Below, piece by piece: positions 37,836-48,829 of a stretch of DNA of 62,410 bases. Source of the stretch: Candidatus Heimdallarchaeota archaeon. Lineage in GTDB: Archaea; Asgardarchaeota; Heimdallarchaeia; Heimdallarchaeales; Heimdallarchaeaceae. The stretch's first letter is position 1, and each line of letters starts with the position of its first letter. The stretch lies in contig JAEOSZ010000001.1 of the NCBI GenBank assembly GCA_016840095.1, positions 1 to 62,410 of the forward strand, given 5' to 3'. The position numbers and the translations under genes were made by a program. Below the pieces are notes generated by a model. It was given only the letters and a program-made list of their open reading frames with translations, searched no databases and was not told the origin of the DNA.

Positions 37836-39419
37836 TTGTTCATGACTCCATCTAAGAAAATCAGAGAATTATATGCTGAAGGCTACCAACTTACTCCTGA
37901 AGCTTTTGAATATCTCAATAATTTACCTGATATAGATGGTGTTATTGACAAAATACTCATTTCCAAAACAGATAAAGCAATCCTATCAGTGGAAGATATT
38001 GATGAACTTCTAGGTGAATATTTAGTAAAAGAAGATGCTATAGCTGAACAACCTCTACCAAAGAAAGAAGAGGTTGAAATAACAGAACAAGAAATACTTC
38101 AGATTGAAGAAAAGAAAGAAACTCTAGAAGAAAAAGTGAAACCTGATGTTGAAACAGAAACAAAGCTGAGAAAAGTAAAGGTTTCATCAGATTTGGAAAT
38201 AATATTTTCACCAGAAGTAAATAAATTTGAAGCATCATCACAGAGTTTTCGTAATTATTTTGAAAGCCGATTCCAGTCAATTTATCAACTATTCGCAAAG
38301 CGACGAGACATAACAAATAAAGTCTCTACAAAAGATTTAATTCCTAATCGCAACAGAGATAAGATTTCAGTAATAGCAATGGTGACTAAGATACACAAGA
38401 CAAGAAAAGGAACTGTCATCCTTGATTTGGAAGACCAAACAGGAATGATTACAGGAATTATACATTCTTCAAAGCAAGATTTGATAACCAAATCGGAATT
38501 CATTCTTGAAGACTCCATACTTTGTTTTACAGGGAATTGGTGGAAGGATGTACTAAGTATAGACGGCATTCTCTGGCCAGATATTCCTTATCACAAATCA
38601 AATTTCGCAGATGATGATGTTTATGCATTATTCATTTCAGATATTCATGTGGGGTCAAAGAATTTTGCTGAAGATTTGTTTACACGTGTGATAAAGTTTG
38701 TAAATGGAAAGCTTGAAAGTGATGGATATAACGAGATTGGAAAGAAAATCAAGTATCTTTTGGTAGGGGGAGATGTTGTTGATGGTGTTGGTATTTATCC
38801 AGGACAAATAGAGGATTTAGAACAAACTAGCATCCATCTACAGTATAAAACAGCTGCAAATTTCTTTGAAAAAATAAGAGATGATGTAGAAATCGTAATT
38901 ATACCTGGAAATCATGATGCTGCCAGAGCTGCAGAACCACAAACCCCCATTCAAAGAAATTTTGCTCCTGACTTGTATGATCTTGACAATGTTCATCTTT
39001 TAGGTAGTCCTTGTTATTTGAAAGCTCATAATGTAGAAATAATGATGCATCATGGGAATTCAATACTTGATATTAATGCTGCAATTCCTGCAATATCACA
39101 TGAAACCTCTATTCCTGCAATGGTGAGGATGTTAGAAAATAGACATATAGTTCCAATATATGGTAAAAGAACACCTATTGCCCCAGAATCAGAGGACAGG
39201 TTGTTTATTTCAAGAATACCAGATATATTTCAGACTGGTCATACACACATTGCGGGAGATGAGACATACAAAGGCGTAACTCTAATAAATTCGGGAACTT
39301 TTCAATATCAAACCAGTTACCAAAAAAGCATGAATATAAATCCAACAACTGGTCAAACATACTTTGTTAACTTGAAGTCTATACAAAGGACACAAATAAA
39401 CTTTCAAGAAATGAATTAA
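37836..39419 (+). CDS. polB: DNA polymerase D small subunit DP1 (3'-5' exonuclease)
   Basis: ISDIHVGS, GDVVDG, PGNHD, GHTH, INSGT. Confidence 0.96.
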   Translation: MFMTPSKKIRELYAEGYQLTPEAFEYLNNLPDIDGVIDKILISKTDKAILSVEDIDELLGEYLVKEDAIAEQPLPKKEEVEITEQEILQIEEKKETLEEKVKPDVETETKLRKVKVSSDLEIIFSPEVNKFEASSQSFRNYFESRFQSIYQLFAKRRDITNKVSTKDLIPNRNRDKISVIAMVTKIHKTRKGTVILDLEDQTGMITGIIHSSKQDLITKSEFILEDSILCFTGNWWKDVLSIDGILWPDIPYHKSNFADDDVYALFISDIHVGSKNFAEDLFTRVIKFVNGKLESDGYNEIGKKIKYLLVGGDVVDGVGIYPGQIEDLEQTSIHLQYKTAANFFEKIRDDVEIVIIPGNHDAARAAEPQTPIQRNFAPDLYDLDNVHLLGSPCYLKAHNVEIMMHHGNSILDINAAIPAISHETSIPAMVRMLENRHIVPIYGKRTPIAPESEDRLFISRIPDIFQTGHTHIAGDETYKGVTLINSGTFQYQTSYQKSMNINPTTGQTYFVNLKSIQRTQINFQEMN

Positions 39420-39440
39420 TGGGAAAGATCTAACTTTATC

Positions 39441-39857
39441 TTATTCCATCGGCACAACGTCTTCCTCATCAATTTGAACATACGATAATATGTCAGCTAT
39501 TGTGGGTGCGTGATTTGATAATACAGCAATCGCATTCTTGAATTCTTCAATATCACTTGTTCCTCCAACCAGATGAAAATCCCCAATCGATTTGAGAATT
39601 AGAAAACCATTTTTTCCACGAACCATTACATCGTTGATTGGAGAGAAAGCCAATCTTTCTAGTGCTAGTCTTGCAGCTGCTACAAGTGCAGCACCAATAG
39701 CAGAAAGTTCTGTTGAGTTTGCAGTCTTATCACCTGCGTAAAAAGCTACTCTATCTCCTGTTGCTGTTAAAATAGCGAGAGCCTCTAATTTCGCTTCTTG
39801 TGTAATATCTTTTAACTCTTTAGCCAGTGCATATGCGATTTTTCTTTCTAGTCTCAT
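39441..39857 (-). CDS. Roadblock/LC7 domain protein
   Basis: AILTATG, LSAIGAAL, VMVRGKNGFLIL. Confidence 0.8.
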   Translation of the reverse strand: MRLERKIAYALAKELKDITQEAKLEALAILTATGDRVAFYAGDKTANSTELSAIGAALVAAARLALERLAFSPINDVMVRGKNGFLILKSIGDFHLVGGTSDIEEFKNAIAVLSNHAPTIADILSYVQIDEEDVVPME

Positions 39858-40121
39858 TACTATCTAAATCACTTTAACCATAAATTAAGTTAATTAATGT
39901 TACTATGCTATTAATCAAGACGAGTAGTTTACAAATGTGAAATGCACCCTTAATTTTATGCTACTTTCATGTTTCTTCAATCTATATCTACAATTTCTAA
40001 TTTTTTGTCGTGAAATCAAATTGAAAAAGACTTTCCTTAAGTAATATTTTTAAACGCTTTTCTTTATTCAACTTCAATAAGAGATTACCGTGCTTACGTA
40101 ATAAGCTATAGGTGAGATTCA

Positions 40122-42380
40122 ATGTCAGGCGATACAGGTATTACCGGGATGCTAGGACGCTTTTGGAGAAAAGTTGTTGATCATTTCGAGGATTATGAAA
40201 TTAACAGAGAAGCTCTTCTGAATAGATTAAGTCTATTGATTATTCTTGCTGCAGGTATTATGATAAGATTATTTTCTTTGATGAAAGGATATGATCCATT
40301 AATAAAAGCATTTGATCCATATGTTCAATTAGTAAGTGCTGAATATATAAGTGAAAACGGTTTTATAGCATTCATACATTGGTTCAAAGATAATTCTTGG
40401 TATCCCTATGGATTCCAACCAGGAAGAGAACTCTATTGGGGTGTTCCTGTAAGTGCAGTTATTATCAAAGGATTGTTAGGTTTATTCTCAATAGATGTAA
40501 CTATTACACAAGTAGCATACTTTAGTCCTGTATTTTATGGATTTTTCACAATTTTAGCAGCTTATTTCTTAGGAAAAGAGTCAGTCAGTAATAGAACTGG
40601 AATATTCACGGCATTCTTCATGGCATTTTCACCTGCTTTTGTTTCAAGAAGCACGGCTGGATTCTTTGATAATGAATCAGTAGGGATTCTATTTACAGTC
40701 TTAACTTTGTATTTTTTCATAAGAGCAATTAAGCGTGGTGGAACTGTTTCATCATTTTTAGCAGGTATAAGCTTAGCTCTGCTTATTGGAAGCTGGGGAG
40801 CATACAGATATGTTCTGGATTTATTACCTTTAGCAGCTTTCTTCTTAGTTTTAACAAGAAAACTTACTTGGAAACTTATCAAAGCTTATACAATTACGAT
40901 TGCAACGGCACTAAGTATTGGGTTCCTTGTGCCAAGAGTTATGATTAACAAATTTACTAATATAGAGGTCATGATACCAGTTTTAATGATTGGTTTTCTG
41001 ATACTCGTAGGAATTGTGCAAAATCTTTCTAGAAGTTTAGGCGAGAAAACATTCAAACAAATTACAATAATAGGAGCTATTACGGTTCTTATTTTGATAA
41101 CAGCATTGATTACAGTATTTCTATCCCTAGGATTGTTTTCGAATATTGCGGCAAAATTCTGGGCAGTTATTCTGCCAGGAAACCGGGCAGCGATTCCTAT
41201 TATTTCTTCAGTAAGTGAACATCAACCTATGACTTGGGCAGAGCTTTTCAACAGCATCCATATAATGATGTTCTTAATTCCCTTAGGATTGTATTATTGT
41301 ATTAAAAAACCAACTGATGTTAATATAATTCTTCTAACACTTGGAGTAACTACAATTTACTTCTCAGGATCTATGGTAAGGTTAGTATTATTACTATCTC
41401 CAGCTGCTTCATTACTTAGCGCACTTGCTATTGATAAATTACTTTATACTTATTCATTAAGTGCTCATGGTAAAATCGCTTTAACTAAGAGAAAACTAAG
41501 AATTACGAAATCAATAGGTCGAGATGAAGCTATAGTAGCTTATCTAGTAATATTTGGTTTGCTTGTTACATTTACTTTCCATAGCATAAATTTAGCTGAA
41601 CAATATGGGCAATCGGAGATGGCTCCAGTACTCTATCAACAAATAGGTGTTCCTACTTCAGATTGGCAAGAAGCTCTATTGTGGTTAAGAAATAATGCTC
41701 AAGGCCAAGGAATAGTTGCTAATAGTCCTTCCGTTGTATTGAGCTGGTGGGATTATGGTTACTGGATTACGAATTACGGTAATGCAACGTCTTTAGTAGA
41801 CAATGCTACTACGAATAAAACACAAATAGCTATGGTGGGAACCATGCTAATGTGGAATTTCACAGAATCAGTTAAACTGATGTATAAATATAACATAAAA
41901 TATGTACTAGTCAACTCTCAAGCTGGAATTCCAGGTCTTGGTTCAGACTTAGGAAAAGCACTTTGGTGTATTAGAATCGCTGAGGATGCAGTTCCAAGGT
42001 ATGGTATAACTGAAGAAACATTCTATGGATTAAATGATGCAGAAACACAATATGAATACAGATCTCCATTTTACTCCTCAGTGCTCTACAGATTATCAGC
42101 TTATGACAAAGATACAGGCTTTGCATTTCCAGAATCAGAAGGTTCTCCTATAAGCAGTCAACCTCAATTGTTAACTGATGCAATAAATAACCCAGTATAC
42201 GATCTTACAGGTCCAGATGGGCTTACATACTTCAAAGAGGTTTTCAGGAGCTATGGATTAGCTCTAGACGTGTCTGAATCTAGAAAATACCCACTAGTTA
42301 GGATATATGAAGTAATTTATCCAGAAAACATCGAGCAGCTTTCTGCTGAAGTCAACTATAATTATCCTGAACTAGAATGA
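40122..42380 (+). CDS. aglB: Oligosaccharyltransferase STT3/AglB
   Basis: FDP, GFFDNE, SVSEHQP, SWWDYG, VDNAT, DLGK. Confidence 0.96.
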   Translation: MSGDTGITGMLGRFWRKVVDHFEDYEINREALLNRLSLLIILAAGIMIRLFSLMKGYDPLIKAFDPYVQLVSAEYISENGFIAFIHWFKDNSWYPYGFQPGRELYWGVPVSAVIIKGLLGLFSIDVTITQVAYFSPVFYGFFTILAAYFLGKESVSNRTGIFTAFFMAFSPAFVSRSTAGFFDNESVGILFTVLTLYFFIRAIKRGGTVSSFLAGISLALLIGSWGAYRYVLDLLPLAAFFLVLTRKLTWKLIKAYTITIATALSIGFLVPRVMINKFTNIEVMIPVLMIGFLILVGIVQNLSRSLGEKTFKQITIIGAITVLILITALITVFLSLGLFSNIAAKFWAVILPGNRAAIPIISSVSEHQPMTWAELFNSIHIMMFLIPLGLYYCIKKPTDVNIILLTLGVTTIYFSGSMVRLVLLLSPAASLLSALAIDKLLYTYSLSAHGKIALTKRKLRITKSIGRDEAIVAYLVIFGLLVTFTFHSINLAEQYGQSEMAPVLYQQIGVPTSDWQEALLWLRNNAQGQGIVANSPSVVLSWWDYGYWITNYGNATSLVDNATTNKTQIAMVGTMLMWNFTESVKLMYKYNIKYVLVNSQAGIPGLGSDLGKALWCIRIAEDAVPRYGITEETFYGLNDAETQYEYRSPFYSSVLYRLSAYDKDTGFAFPESEGSPISSQPQLLTDAINNPVYDLTGPDGLTYFKEVFRSYGLALDVSESRKYPLVRIYEVIYPENIEQLSAEVNYNYPELE

Positions 42381-42627
42381 AATTAAGATTGGAAAAATCA
42401 ACCTTAATTTTTTCTCTTTTTCATTTTTCTATAATCAACTCTCAATTGTATTAACTAATGAATTTGTTTATGTTAGTAGTTCAATTCGTAGTTTTAAGAT
42501 AGTGAATTAGAGCCATAGACAAAAACAACGCAACCAAAATGCTTTTAAAAATCCATCGGGGGGATAATACTAATAGTACATCCACTAAATAATGTTAGTA
42601 CTGCTAATAAAAAAAGGTGTATATGAA

Positions 42628-43911
42628 ATGAGCTCAAAAGAGAAACCTCATTTAAATTTGGTAATCATTGGTCACGTTGATCATGGTAAATCTACTATGA
42701 CTGGACATCTTCTCTATGTATGCGGAAGCATTTCAGAAAGAGATATCCAAAAATTCGAAAAAGAAGCTGAACTAATAGGACGAGGCAGCTTTAAATTTGC
42801 CTGGGCTTTAGATAAATTGAAAGAAGAAAGAGAAAGAGGGGTAACCATCGATCTTGCATTCTATAAATTCCAAACAAAGAAATACTACTTTACAATTATC
42901 GATGCACCTGGACATCGTGATTTCGTTAAGAACATGATAACAGGTACTTCTCAAGCAGATGCAGCAATTCTCGTAATTAGTGCAGGTACAGGTGAATTCG
43001 AAGCTGGAATTAGTGCAACTGGACAAACCAGAGAACATGCTTTACTTGCAAAGACTCTAGGTGTTGACCAACTAATTGTAGCTGTTAACAAAATGGATCT
43101 TGCTGATTATAAGGAAGAACGATTTAATGAAGTTAAAGATGAAATGGCAAGAAATCTTAAGCTATTTGGTTTTGATATGAATAAAGTCACTTTTGTTCCA
43201 ACAAGCGGTATCAAAGGAGACAATCTTAATGAAAAACCAGACACAATGGCATGGTATTCTGGTCCGACCATTCTTGATGCATTAGATACTTTCATAGTAC
43301 CACCTAAACCAGTTGATAAACCCTTAAGACTACCTCTTCAGGATGTTTATACAATTACTGGAATTGGTACTGTTCCTGTTGGTCGTGTAGAAACTGGTGT
43401 TCTTAAACCAAAAGACGATGTTATCTTTCAACCAACTGGTAAAAAAGCAAACGTAATGTCCATTGAAATGCACCACGAAACAATTCCTGAAGCTATTCCT
43501 GGTGACAACATTGGTTTTAGTTGTAAAGGTCTAGCAAAGAAAGATGTTCGTCGTGGAGATGTCGTAGGTCATGCAGCCAAACCTCCAACCATTGTAAAAG
43601 ACTTTACAGCAACAGTGCAAGTAATAAGACATCCCTCTGCAATAGCAGTAGGATATACCCCAGTAATTCACTGTGGTACAGCTCAAGTTGCGACACGTTT
43701 TGCTGAGATTAAGTCTAAAGTTACAAAAGGTGTTAAAGAAGACAAACCTGACTTCTTAAAGAATGGAGATACAGCTGAAGTAGTAATGATTCCAACTCGA
43801 GATATGATTGTGGAGAAATATACAGAATTCCCACCATTAGGTCGATTCGCAATCAGAGATATGGGTCAAACCGTAGCTGTTGGTATTGTAAAAGACGTAA
43901 CTCCAAAATAA
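42628..43911 (+). CDS. tuf: Elongation factor 1-alpha
   Basis: [33 protein letters not shown] 42628 after AGGTG. Confidence 0.98.
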   Translation: MSSKEKPHLNLVIIGHVDHGKSTMTGHLLYVCGSISERDIQKFEKEAELIGRGSFKFAWALDKLKEERERGVTIDLAFYKFQTKKYYFTIIDAPGHRDFVKNMITGTSQADAAILVISAGTGEFEAGISATGQTREHALLAKTLGVDQLIVAVNKMDLADYKEERFNEVKDEMARNLKLFGFDMNKVTFVPTSGIKGDNLNEKPDTMAWYSGPTILDALDTFIVPPKPVDKPLRLPLQDVYTITGIGTVPVGRVETGVLKPKDDVIFQPTGKKANVMSIEMHHETIPEAIPGDNIGFSCKGLAKKDVRRGDVVGHAAKPPTIVKDFTATVQVIRHPSAIAVGYTPVIHCGTAQVATRFAEIKSKVTKGVKEDKPDFLKNGDTAEVVMIPTRDMIVEKYTEFPPLGRFAIRDMGQTVAVGIVKDVTPK

Positions 43912-43998
43912 TAAACTAATTCTTTTCTTTCTTTTTCTTTCTTTTTAAATCTAAAATCCTGATGTAAACATGTTAAGAAACAAGATGAAAAAATGTAC

Positions 43999-44910
43999 CT
44001 ATTTTGAAGGTAGAATATTATTTAAAATTTTATCAGGAGAAAATAATTCAAGGTCTCCGTAGGTTTGTCCTATTCCAAGAAAAATAATTGGTTTCTCACT
44101 GATGTGTGTAACTGAAACAGCTGCTCCACCCTTTACATCAGCATCAATTTTGTTAAGAATAGAAGCATCGATTCCTATCTTTTGATTAAAAAGAGTTGCT
44201 TGTGAGATTAGGGAATTGCCTGTAAGAGCATCACCTACAAAGAATTTCAGATCTGGTTCTGTTACTTTGCATATTTTTTGCAATTCAGCCATCAGATTAG
44301 AATTGGTTTCAATTCTTCCTGCTGTATCTATAAGTACAGCATTAATTCCTTGAGAAATTGCATGATTAATTGCATCATATGCTACTGCTGCAGCATCAGA
44401 GCCATAGTTTTGAGCAATCACTCTTATTTTTAGGTTTTCACCATGTTTCTGCAACTGTTGAATGCTTCCAGCTCTGAAAGTATCTCCTGCAGCAAAAACG
44501 CTAGAATATCCTTGATCCATAAGATATTTGCCAATTTTTGCAATGGAAAGAGTCTTTCCTACACCATTTACTCCAAAAAATGCAATAATAAGAGGTGAAT
44601 TTTGTTTTTTCGCTTCTTCTATTTCTTTGATGAGATCTATGGGTTGAGATGGTGTTAGAATTTCCATTAACACTTCTCTTAAGGAGGTTAGAAGGATAGA
44701 TCTTGTATTCGATAATCTTGCATGTTCCATTGTTGATAATTTCTGCGCAAGTTTGTTACAGATTTCATCAGTAGTCTTAACTGCAACTTCATTCTTGATG
44801 AGAATATCCTTTAATTCGCTGTTAAATCTAGAAATTGATTTTGCAGAAAAATCAGTAATTGTAATTTTCTTAAAAGCCTTTGATACACTTTTTCGAAGTT
44901 GATCAAACAA
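43999..44910 (-). CDS. ftsY: SRP receptor FtsY
   Basis: GVNGVGKT, DTFRAG, DTAGR, DADVKGG. Confidence 0.96.
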   Translation of the reverse strand: MFDQLRKSVSKAFKKITITDFSAKSISRFNSELKDILIKNEVAVKTTDEICNKLAQKLSTMEHARLSNTRSILLTSLREVLMEILTPSQPIDLIKEIEEAKKQNSPLIIAFFGVNGVGKTLSIAKIGKYLMDQGYSSVFAAGDTFRAGSIQQLQKHGENLKIRVIAQNYGSDAAAVAYDAINHAISQGINAVLIDTAGRIETNSNLMAELQKICKVTEPDLKFFVGDALTGNSLISQATLFNQKIGIDASILNKIDADVKGGAAVSVTHISEKPIIFLGIGQTYGDLELFSPDKILNNILPSK

Positions 44911-44929
44911 AAGAATCTCACTTCTCCAC

Positions 44930-45367
44930 TCACATAACAGACTTAACTACTCTGTCAATCTCTCTCAATCGTTCTATTACTTCGTTATAACTAGCTTTTA
45001 TTTGAGTGAGTTGATTTTCAACATCTGTTTTTTTCTTTTTTATACTTTCAATTGCATCTTGAAGTGATTTTTCGCTGTGAACACCTGCTCCAATAGTAAC
45101 AATAATCTTTTCACCGTTTTCAACAGTAGCATATATGAAATTTCCAGCACCAATTGGAACTAGAATCTTATTGTTTTCTTCTGCTTTATCTAGGTCTCTT
45201 AATGTTTGTTCAGCACTGTGAATTTCGTTAAAATACCCATTTAAGATCTCGATTTGTTGATTATATCTAGTTGCTTGCTGTTCAAGTTGTTGAGCAGCCA
45301 TTAGTAGATTGTTTAGCTCCTCTTGAGAAACTTGTTGGGGGGAAGGATTTTCTGACAGTTTCTTCAC
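44930..45367 (-). CDS. pfdA: Prefoldin alpha subunit
   Basis: ILVPIGAG...IGAGV hairpins between coiled coils; conserved gene context. Confidence 0.95.
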   Translation of the reverse strand: MKKLSENPSPQQVSQEELNNLLMAAQQLEQQATRYNQQIEILNGYFNEIHSAEQTLRDLDKAEENNKILVPIGAGNFIYATVENGEKIIVTIGAGVHSEKSLQDAIESIKKKKTDVENQLTQIKASYNEVIERLREIDRVVKSVM

Positions 45368-45633
45368 TTCCTTTTTGGAATAGCTAAATCGTCTTCAGTT
45401 GCAAATGCTTTGATAACTGGATCTGTAATTTCATCAGGGTTTGCAATTTCTTTAATATCTTTAGGATCGATAAAAATCATATTACGTTTTACTTTATGCT
45501 TGCTTCCAAGTATATCGTAGACTTGTTCAATTGCATCTTTTTGATTTAGTGCTCTAACGTATTTCCCAAAAGGAATCTTTTGTTTTCGTCTCTTATATTC
45601 ACCACGAATATGGTATGTTTTAACAGAGGTCAT
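45364..45633 (-). CDS. rplX: 50S ribosomal protein eL20 (LX)
   Basis: GSKHKVKRNMIFI; gene context. Confidence 0.93.
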   Translation of the reverse strand: MTSVKTYHIRGEYKRRKQKIPFGKYVRALNQKDAIEQVYDILGSKHKVKRNMIFIDPKDIKEIANPDEITDPVIKAFATEDDLAIPKRK

Positions 45634-45703
45634 TAGTGTTCACCAATTATTAGTTGTTTCCCGATTGTAAAAGGGTTTTTCAAGTTTTTGAAACCAAAGT
45701 TCT

Positions 45704-46378
45704 TTAAGGGGTCAATAAAACTTCGAAGACTCTCATACTTTCTGGTCCTGTACTGTCACTACCGATTACTGCTCCCCTTGTGTTGGCAAGTATTCCAACT
45801 CTTGGATAGGGAATTCCCCTGTTTATTGTGCAAACATCAGCTTTGACTCGTAAAATTGTAGCTATTTCTTTGATTTCTTCTTCAGAAAGGAGCGGATGAA
45901 CAAGTGCTCCTCTATTAGTACTCATTGCGAGACTACCAACTAGTGGAGAACCAAGCAAATTTCCAACAGTTATTTCTAAATTTAACTCATCTTGAATTTG
46001 TTTTTGAGCAGGCTTTTCAAGCATTTCACTTACGATGGCTCCTTTATCATTTAGTACAATTAAATTCCCAAGAGCTGTATATTTGCTACTTAATTCAACA
46101 ATTTTAACTTGATCAGAAACGTTTTCATCAAGTACATTGTATTCTTTTTCTTTGATGTTTTCTGGAACAAAAAGAACATTAGAATTACCTACAGCCATTG
46201 TTCCAACAAGAACTGAATTTGCAATAGTTGTTTGAATTACCTTTACATTCAAAGTATCAGCAATGATCTTGAGAGTAGATTCTTTGACACTAAAAGGAAC
46301 AATAGAAAAACTTTCAGTAGATAATGCAAAAACACCCAATCCTGAATTTCCTAATATATTTGTTTTTGCAATATCCAT
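45704..46378 (-). CDS. eif6: Translation initiation factor 6 (aIF6)
   Basis: GNLIVLNDKGA, GALVHP, TINRG, TGPE. Confidence 0.96.
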   Translation of the reverse strand: MDIAKTNILGNSGLGVFALSTESFSIVPFSVKESTLKIIADTLNVKVIQTTIANSVLVGTMAVGNSNVLFVPENIKEKEYNVLDENVSDQVKIVELSSKYTALGNLIVLNDKGAIVSEMLEKPAQKQIQDELNLEITVGNLLGSPLVGSLAMSTNRGALVHPLLSEEEIKEIATILRVKADVCTINRGIPYPRVGILANTRGAVIGSDSTGPESMRVFEVLLTP

Positions 46379-46416
46379 TGTTATCCACCTTAAAAAATGA
46401 AAAAATGGGATCAGTT

Positions 46417-46857
46417 CTATTCAGACTGTTCCTCTTCGGAAGTTTCTTCAGGTTCAGAAGTTTCTACAGGAGCTATATCTGTTTCTTCTCCGTCTTCTTC
46501 CTCTTCTTCTTCCTCATCTTCCTCTTCTAATTCTCCAGGAATTGCAATGCCGTCAAGTTGAGGACGTGCAGCTGCATCTACTTTTTCATGTATTAATTCA
46601 ACTGTAACTATTATTTCTTCTTCAATAGTTTCAACAATTGCTCGTACTTTGATTTTTCTTGGAGGTTTTTGAATTCCTCTTTTCCACATGAATTCATTTA
46701 GTTCCTCATCAATGAAAATATCATCAGCTTTTGTGTGTTTATAGATATATTCCTTAAGGAGCTTAATGGCTCTTGGAGTTCTCTTATAAGGTGCTGTTTT
46801 ATTCAATTGAGGATAAAACGGAATGGTATAAATGTTTTCAATAGATTCTTGAGACAT
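46417..46857 (-). CDS. rpl31e: 50S ribosomal protein eL31 with acidic C-terminal tail
   Basis: YTIP, KRTPRAI, WKRGIQKPPRKIKV. Confidence 0.96.
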   Translation of the reverse strand: MSQESIENIYTIPFYPQLNKTAPYKRTPRAIKLLKEYIYKHTKADDIFIDEELNEFMWKRGIQKPPRKIKVRAIVETIEEEIIVTVELIHEKVDAAARPQLDGIAIPGELEEEDEEEEEEEDGEETDIAPVETSEPEETSEEEQSE

Positions 46858-46871
46858 GATTTTTCTTCCCC

Positions 46872-47027
46872 TTATCTTTTAATTCTACTACTTCTCCATC
46901 TTCTTCGTTTTGGATGGGTTCGAAAACGTCTGTTAGTTCGGATAACTGCCCAACTTGGAACAGGACTATTTGTTTTCATTTCTCTTGAATACCTGAGTTT
47001 TCTTGGTAATTGTTTATATCTTGCCAT
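46872..47027 (-). CDS. rpl39e: 50S ribosomal protein eL39 (missed by ORF track)
   Basis: Translates to MARYKQLPRKLRYSREMKTNSPVPSWAVIRTNRRFRTHPKRRRWRSSRIKR (51 aa). Confidence 0.96.
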   Translation of the reverse strand: MARYKQLPRKLRYSREMKTNSPVPSWAVIRTNRRFRTHPKRRRWRSSRIKR

Positions 47028-47362
47028 TATAATCGCCTTATGTCGATTTTTGATTCTCGTTTTTGACCTTGAATTTTACGAAGAATTTCTTTTAATTGTT
47101 CATCGGTGAGTTTATCACCAATTTGTCCTTGTTGAGCTAATTGTATCAGTCTCAATTCAACTGCTTCAGCAAGTTGAGGATATACAAGTTTGACGTTAGT
47201 AAGACGCTGTCTAGCTTCCTCTGTAAGAATTTGACGAAGGATAGATTGTTTTTGAGCTTCAACAGCAGCTTGTTGCTCATCTTGTGCTTGAACAGCTTGT
47301 TGCTCTTGTAATTGTGCAATTCTCCTTTGTCGTATTGCTTCCATTTCGTCTTCATTACTCAT
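47027..47362 (-). CDS. PDCD5-like DNA-binding protein
   Basis: LRQILTEEARQRL, LIQLAQ; gene context. Confidence 0.93.
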   Translation of the reverse strand: MSNEDEMEAIRQRRIAQLQEQQAVQAQDEQQAAVEAQKQSILRQILTEEARQRLTNVKLVYPQLAEAVELRLIQLAQQGQIGDKLTDEQLKEILRKIQGQKRESKIDIRRL

Positions 47363-47429
47363 ATTAGCCCACCTTATTAGTTGGATTGTTCAAGTGTCAA
47401 TTACTGTAAGTAAATTCTCCTTAATAATC

Positions 47430-47903
47430 TTAATATTTTTCTAAAGCAGGGATTTCTCTCTTTATTTCAGCAGATAGCTTATCTACAAAAGAATGACCTT
47501 TTGGAGATAAAACACGGCCTACTATTACACGACCTTTACTACCATGACCGCTTTTCTTTTGGATATAATTTGCCTTCTCTAATTGTTGAAGTATTTTTCT
47601 AATTACAGCTCCACTGCCTTTTGCAAAATGCTCAGGCTTTACTCCTCTTCTATGACGACCACCATAAACTATTCGTAGTCTCGATACACCTATGGGACCA
47701 TAAAGGTAGATCTTTCTTAAAATGGAGGCAGCTCTAATATACCACCAGTCTTCCTGAACAGGAGAACTTTCCTTATGTATTCCAGTTTTAGCATATGTAG
47801 CCCATTCTGGTGGTTTGATTTCTGCTTCTTTTTTCAATTCTTCAGTGATTTTATTTATAAGTAAATCAGATGGAACATCGTAAGCTGTTGGCATAATTTT
47901 CAC
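47430..47903 (-). CDS. rps19e: 30S ribosomal protein eS19
   Basis: PPEWA, WWYIRAASILRK, QQLEKA. Confidence 0.97.
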   Translation of the reverse strand: MKIMPTAYDVPSDLLINKITEELKKEAEIKPPEWATYAKTGIHKESSPVQEDWWYIRAASILRKIYLYGPIGVSRLRIVYGGRHRRGVKPEHFAKGSGAVIRKILQQLEKANYIQKKSGHGSKGRVIVGRVLSPKGHSFVDKLSAEIKREIPALEKY

Positions 47904-48037
47904 TCGTCCTCGTAGATTTTGAAAGAGAGAACTCTTATGTGTTTTTCAGTCTCTGGGGAACAAACCTCGTTTAAAAAGATTACTTTGCTAGTTATATGAA
48001 GACAATAAAAAGTGTATTAGAAAGAAGAATGTAACTT

Positions 48038-48736
48038 TTACTCGTCTGGTGTAGAAAATCTATCAATTATATATTCTCCAAGAATTTCAAAGGATTTTTC
48101 TATATTCAATCCGTTTTTAGCTGAAGTTTCAAGAAAGAAATTTTCAATAGAATGCTTTTTTGTATTTTTATTCAATTCTTCTACGAAAGCTTCAACTTCT
48201 TCGATAGTTACTTTTTGTTCATCAACAAGATCCATTTTATTTGCAAGAATGATAACTGGAACAATTCCTTTTCCACTGAATTGGTAAAGCTCTTCAATCC
48301 AACTACCCAAATTAAGAAAAGTATCTCTGCGAGTAATATCTAAAACTGCTAAAGCTCCAAAGCATCCTCTGAAGAATTTTGGTCTAACGTTCTTAAACAT
48401 AGGCTGCCCTGCTAAATCCCAGATTTGGTATTTTATCTGATATTCGTCTAAAGTTCTAGTAGTGGCAGCGAAATCTGCTCCAAGAGTGGCTAAGTGTTCT
48501 TTCTGGAAACCTTCACCAAGGTATCTCTTTCTAATAGAAGTTTTACCAACAGCAGCATCACCTATCAAAACGAGCTTAATCATGTAAGCACTTGTTGATT
48601 TAGGTCGAGTATCTTCAGTTGAGGTTTGAGTATCATCTAGATTATCTTTGTGTTTTTTGATATTGTCCTCAAACATTATAGGACCTTTGCCAATTTTTTC
48701 TTCCTTACTCTTAGAAGATTGCTTCTTATCAGCCAT
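48038..48736 (-). CDS. Rab-like small GTPase
   Basis: GDAAVGKTS, WDLAGQ, NKMD, ETSAK. Confidence 0.93.
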   Translation of the reverse strand: MADKKQSSKSKEEKIGKGPIMFEDNIKKHKDNLDDTQTSTEDTRPKSTSAYMIKLVLIGDAAVGKTSIRKRYLGEGFQKEHLATLGADFAATTRTLDEYQIKYQIWDLAGQPMFKNVRPKFFRGCFGALAVLDITRRDTFLNLGSWIEELYQFSGKGIVPVIILANKMDLVDEQKVTIEEVEAFVEELNKNTKKHSIENFFLETSAKNGLNIEKSFEILGEYIIDRFSTPDE

Positions 48737-48829
48737 GTTATCTGTTTAATATTGTGCTTCAATTATATAAAAATATGTGGTTGCACTGTTGAAACAACGA
48801 AATAAGAGCTTTAATGATAAATGTTAGGT

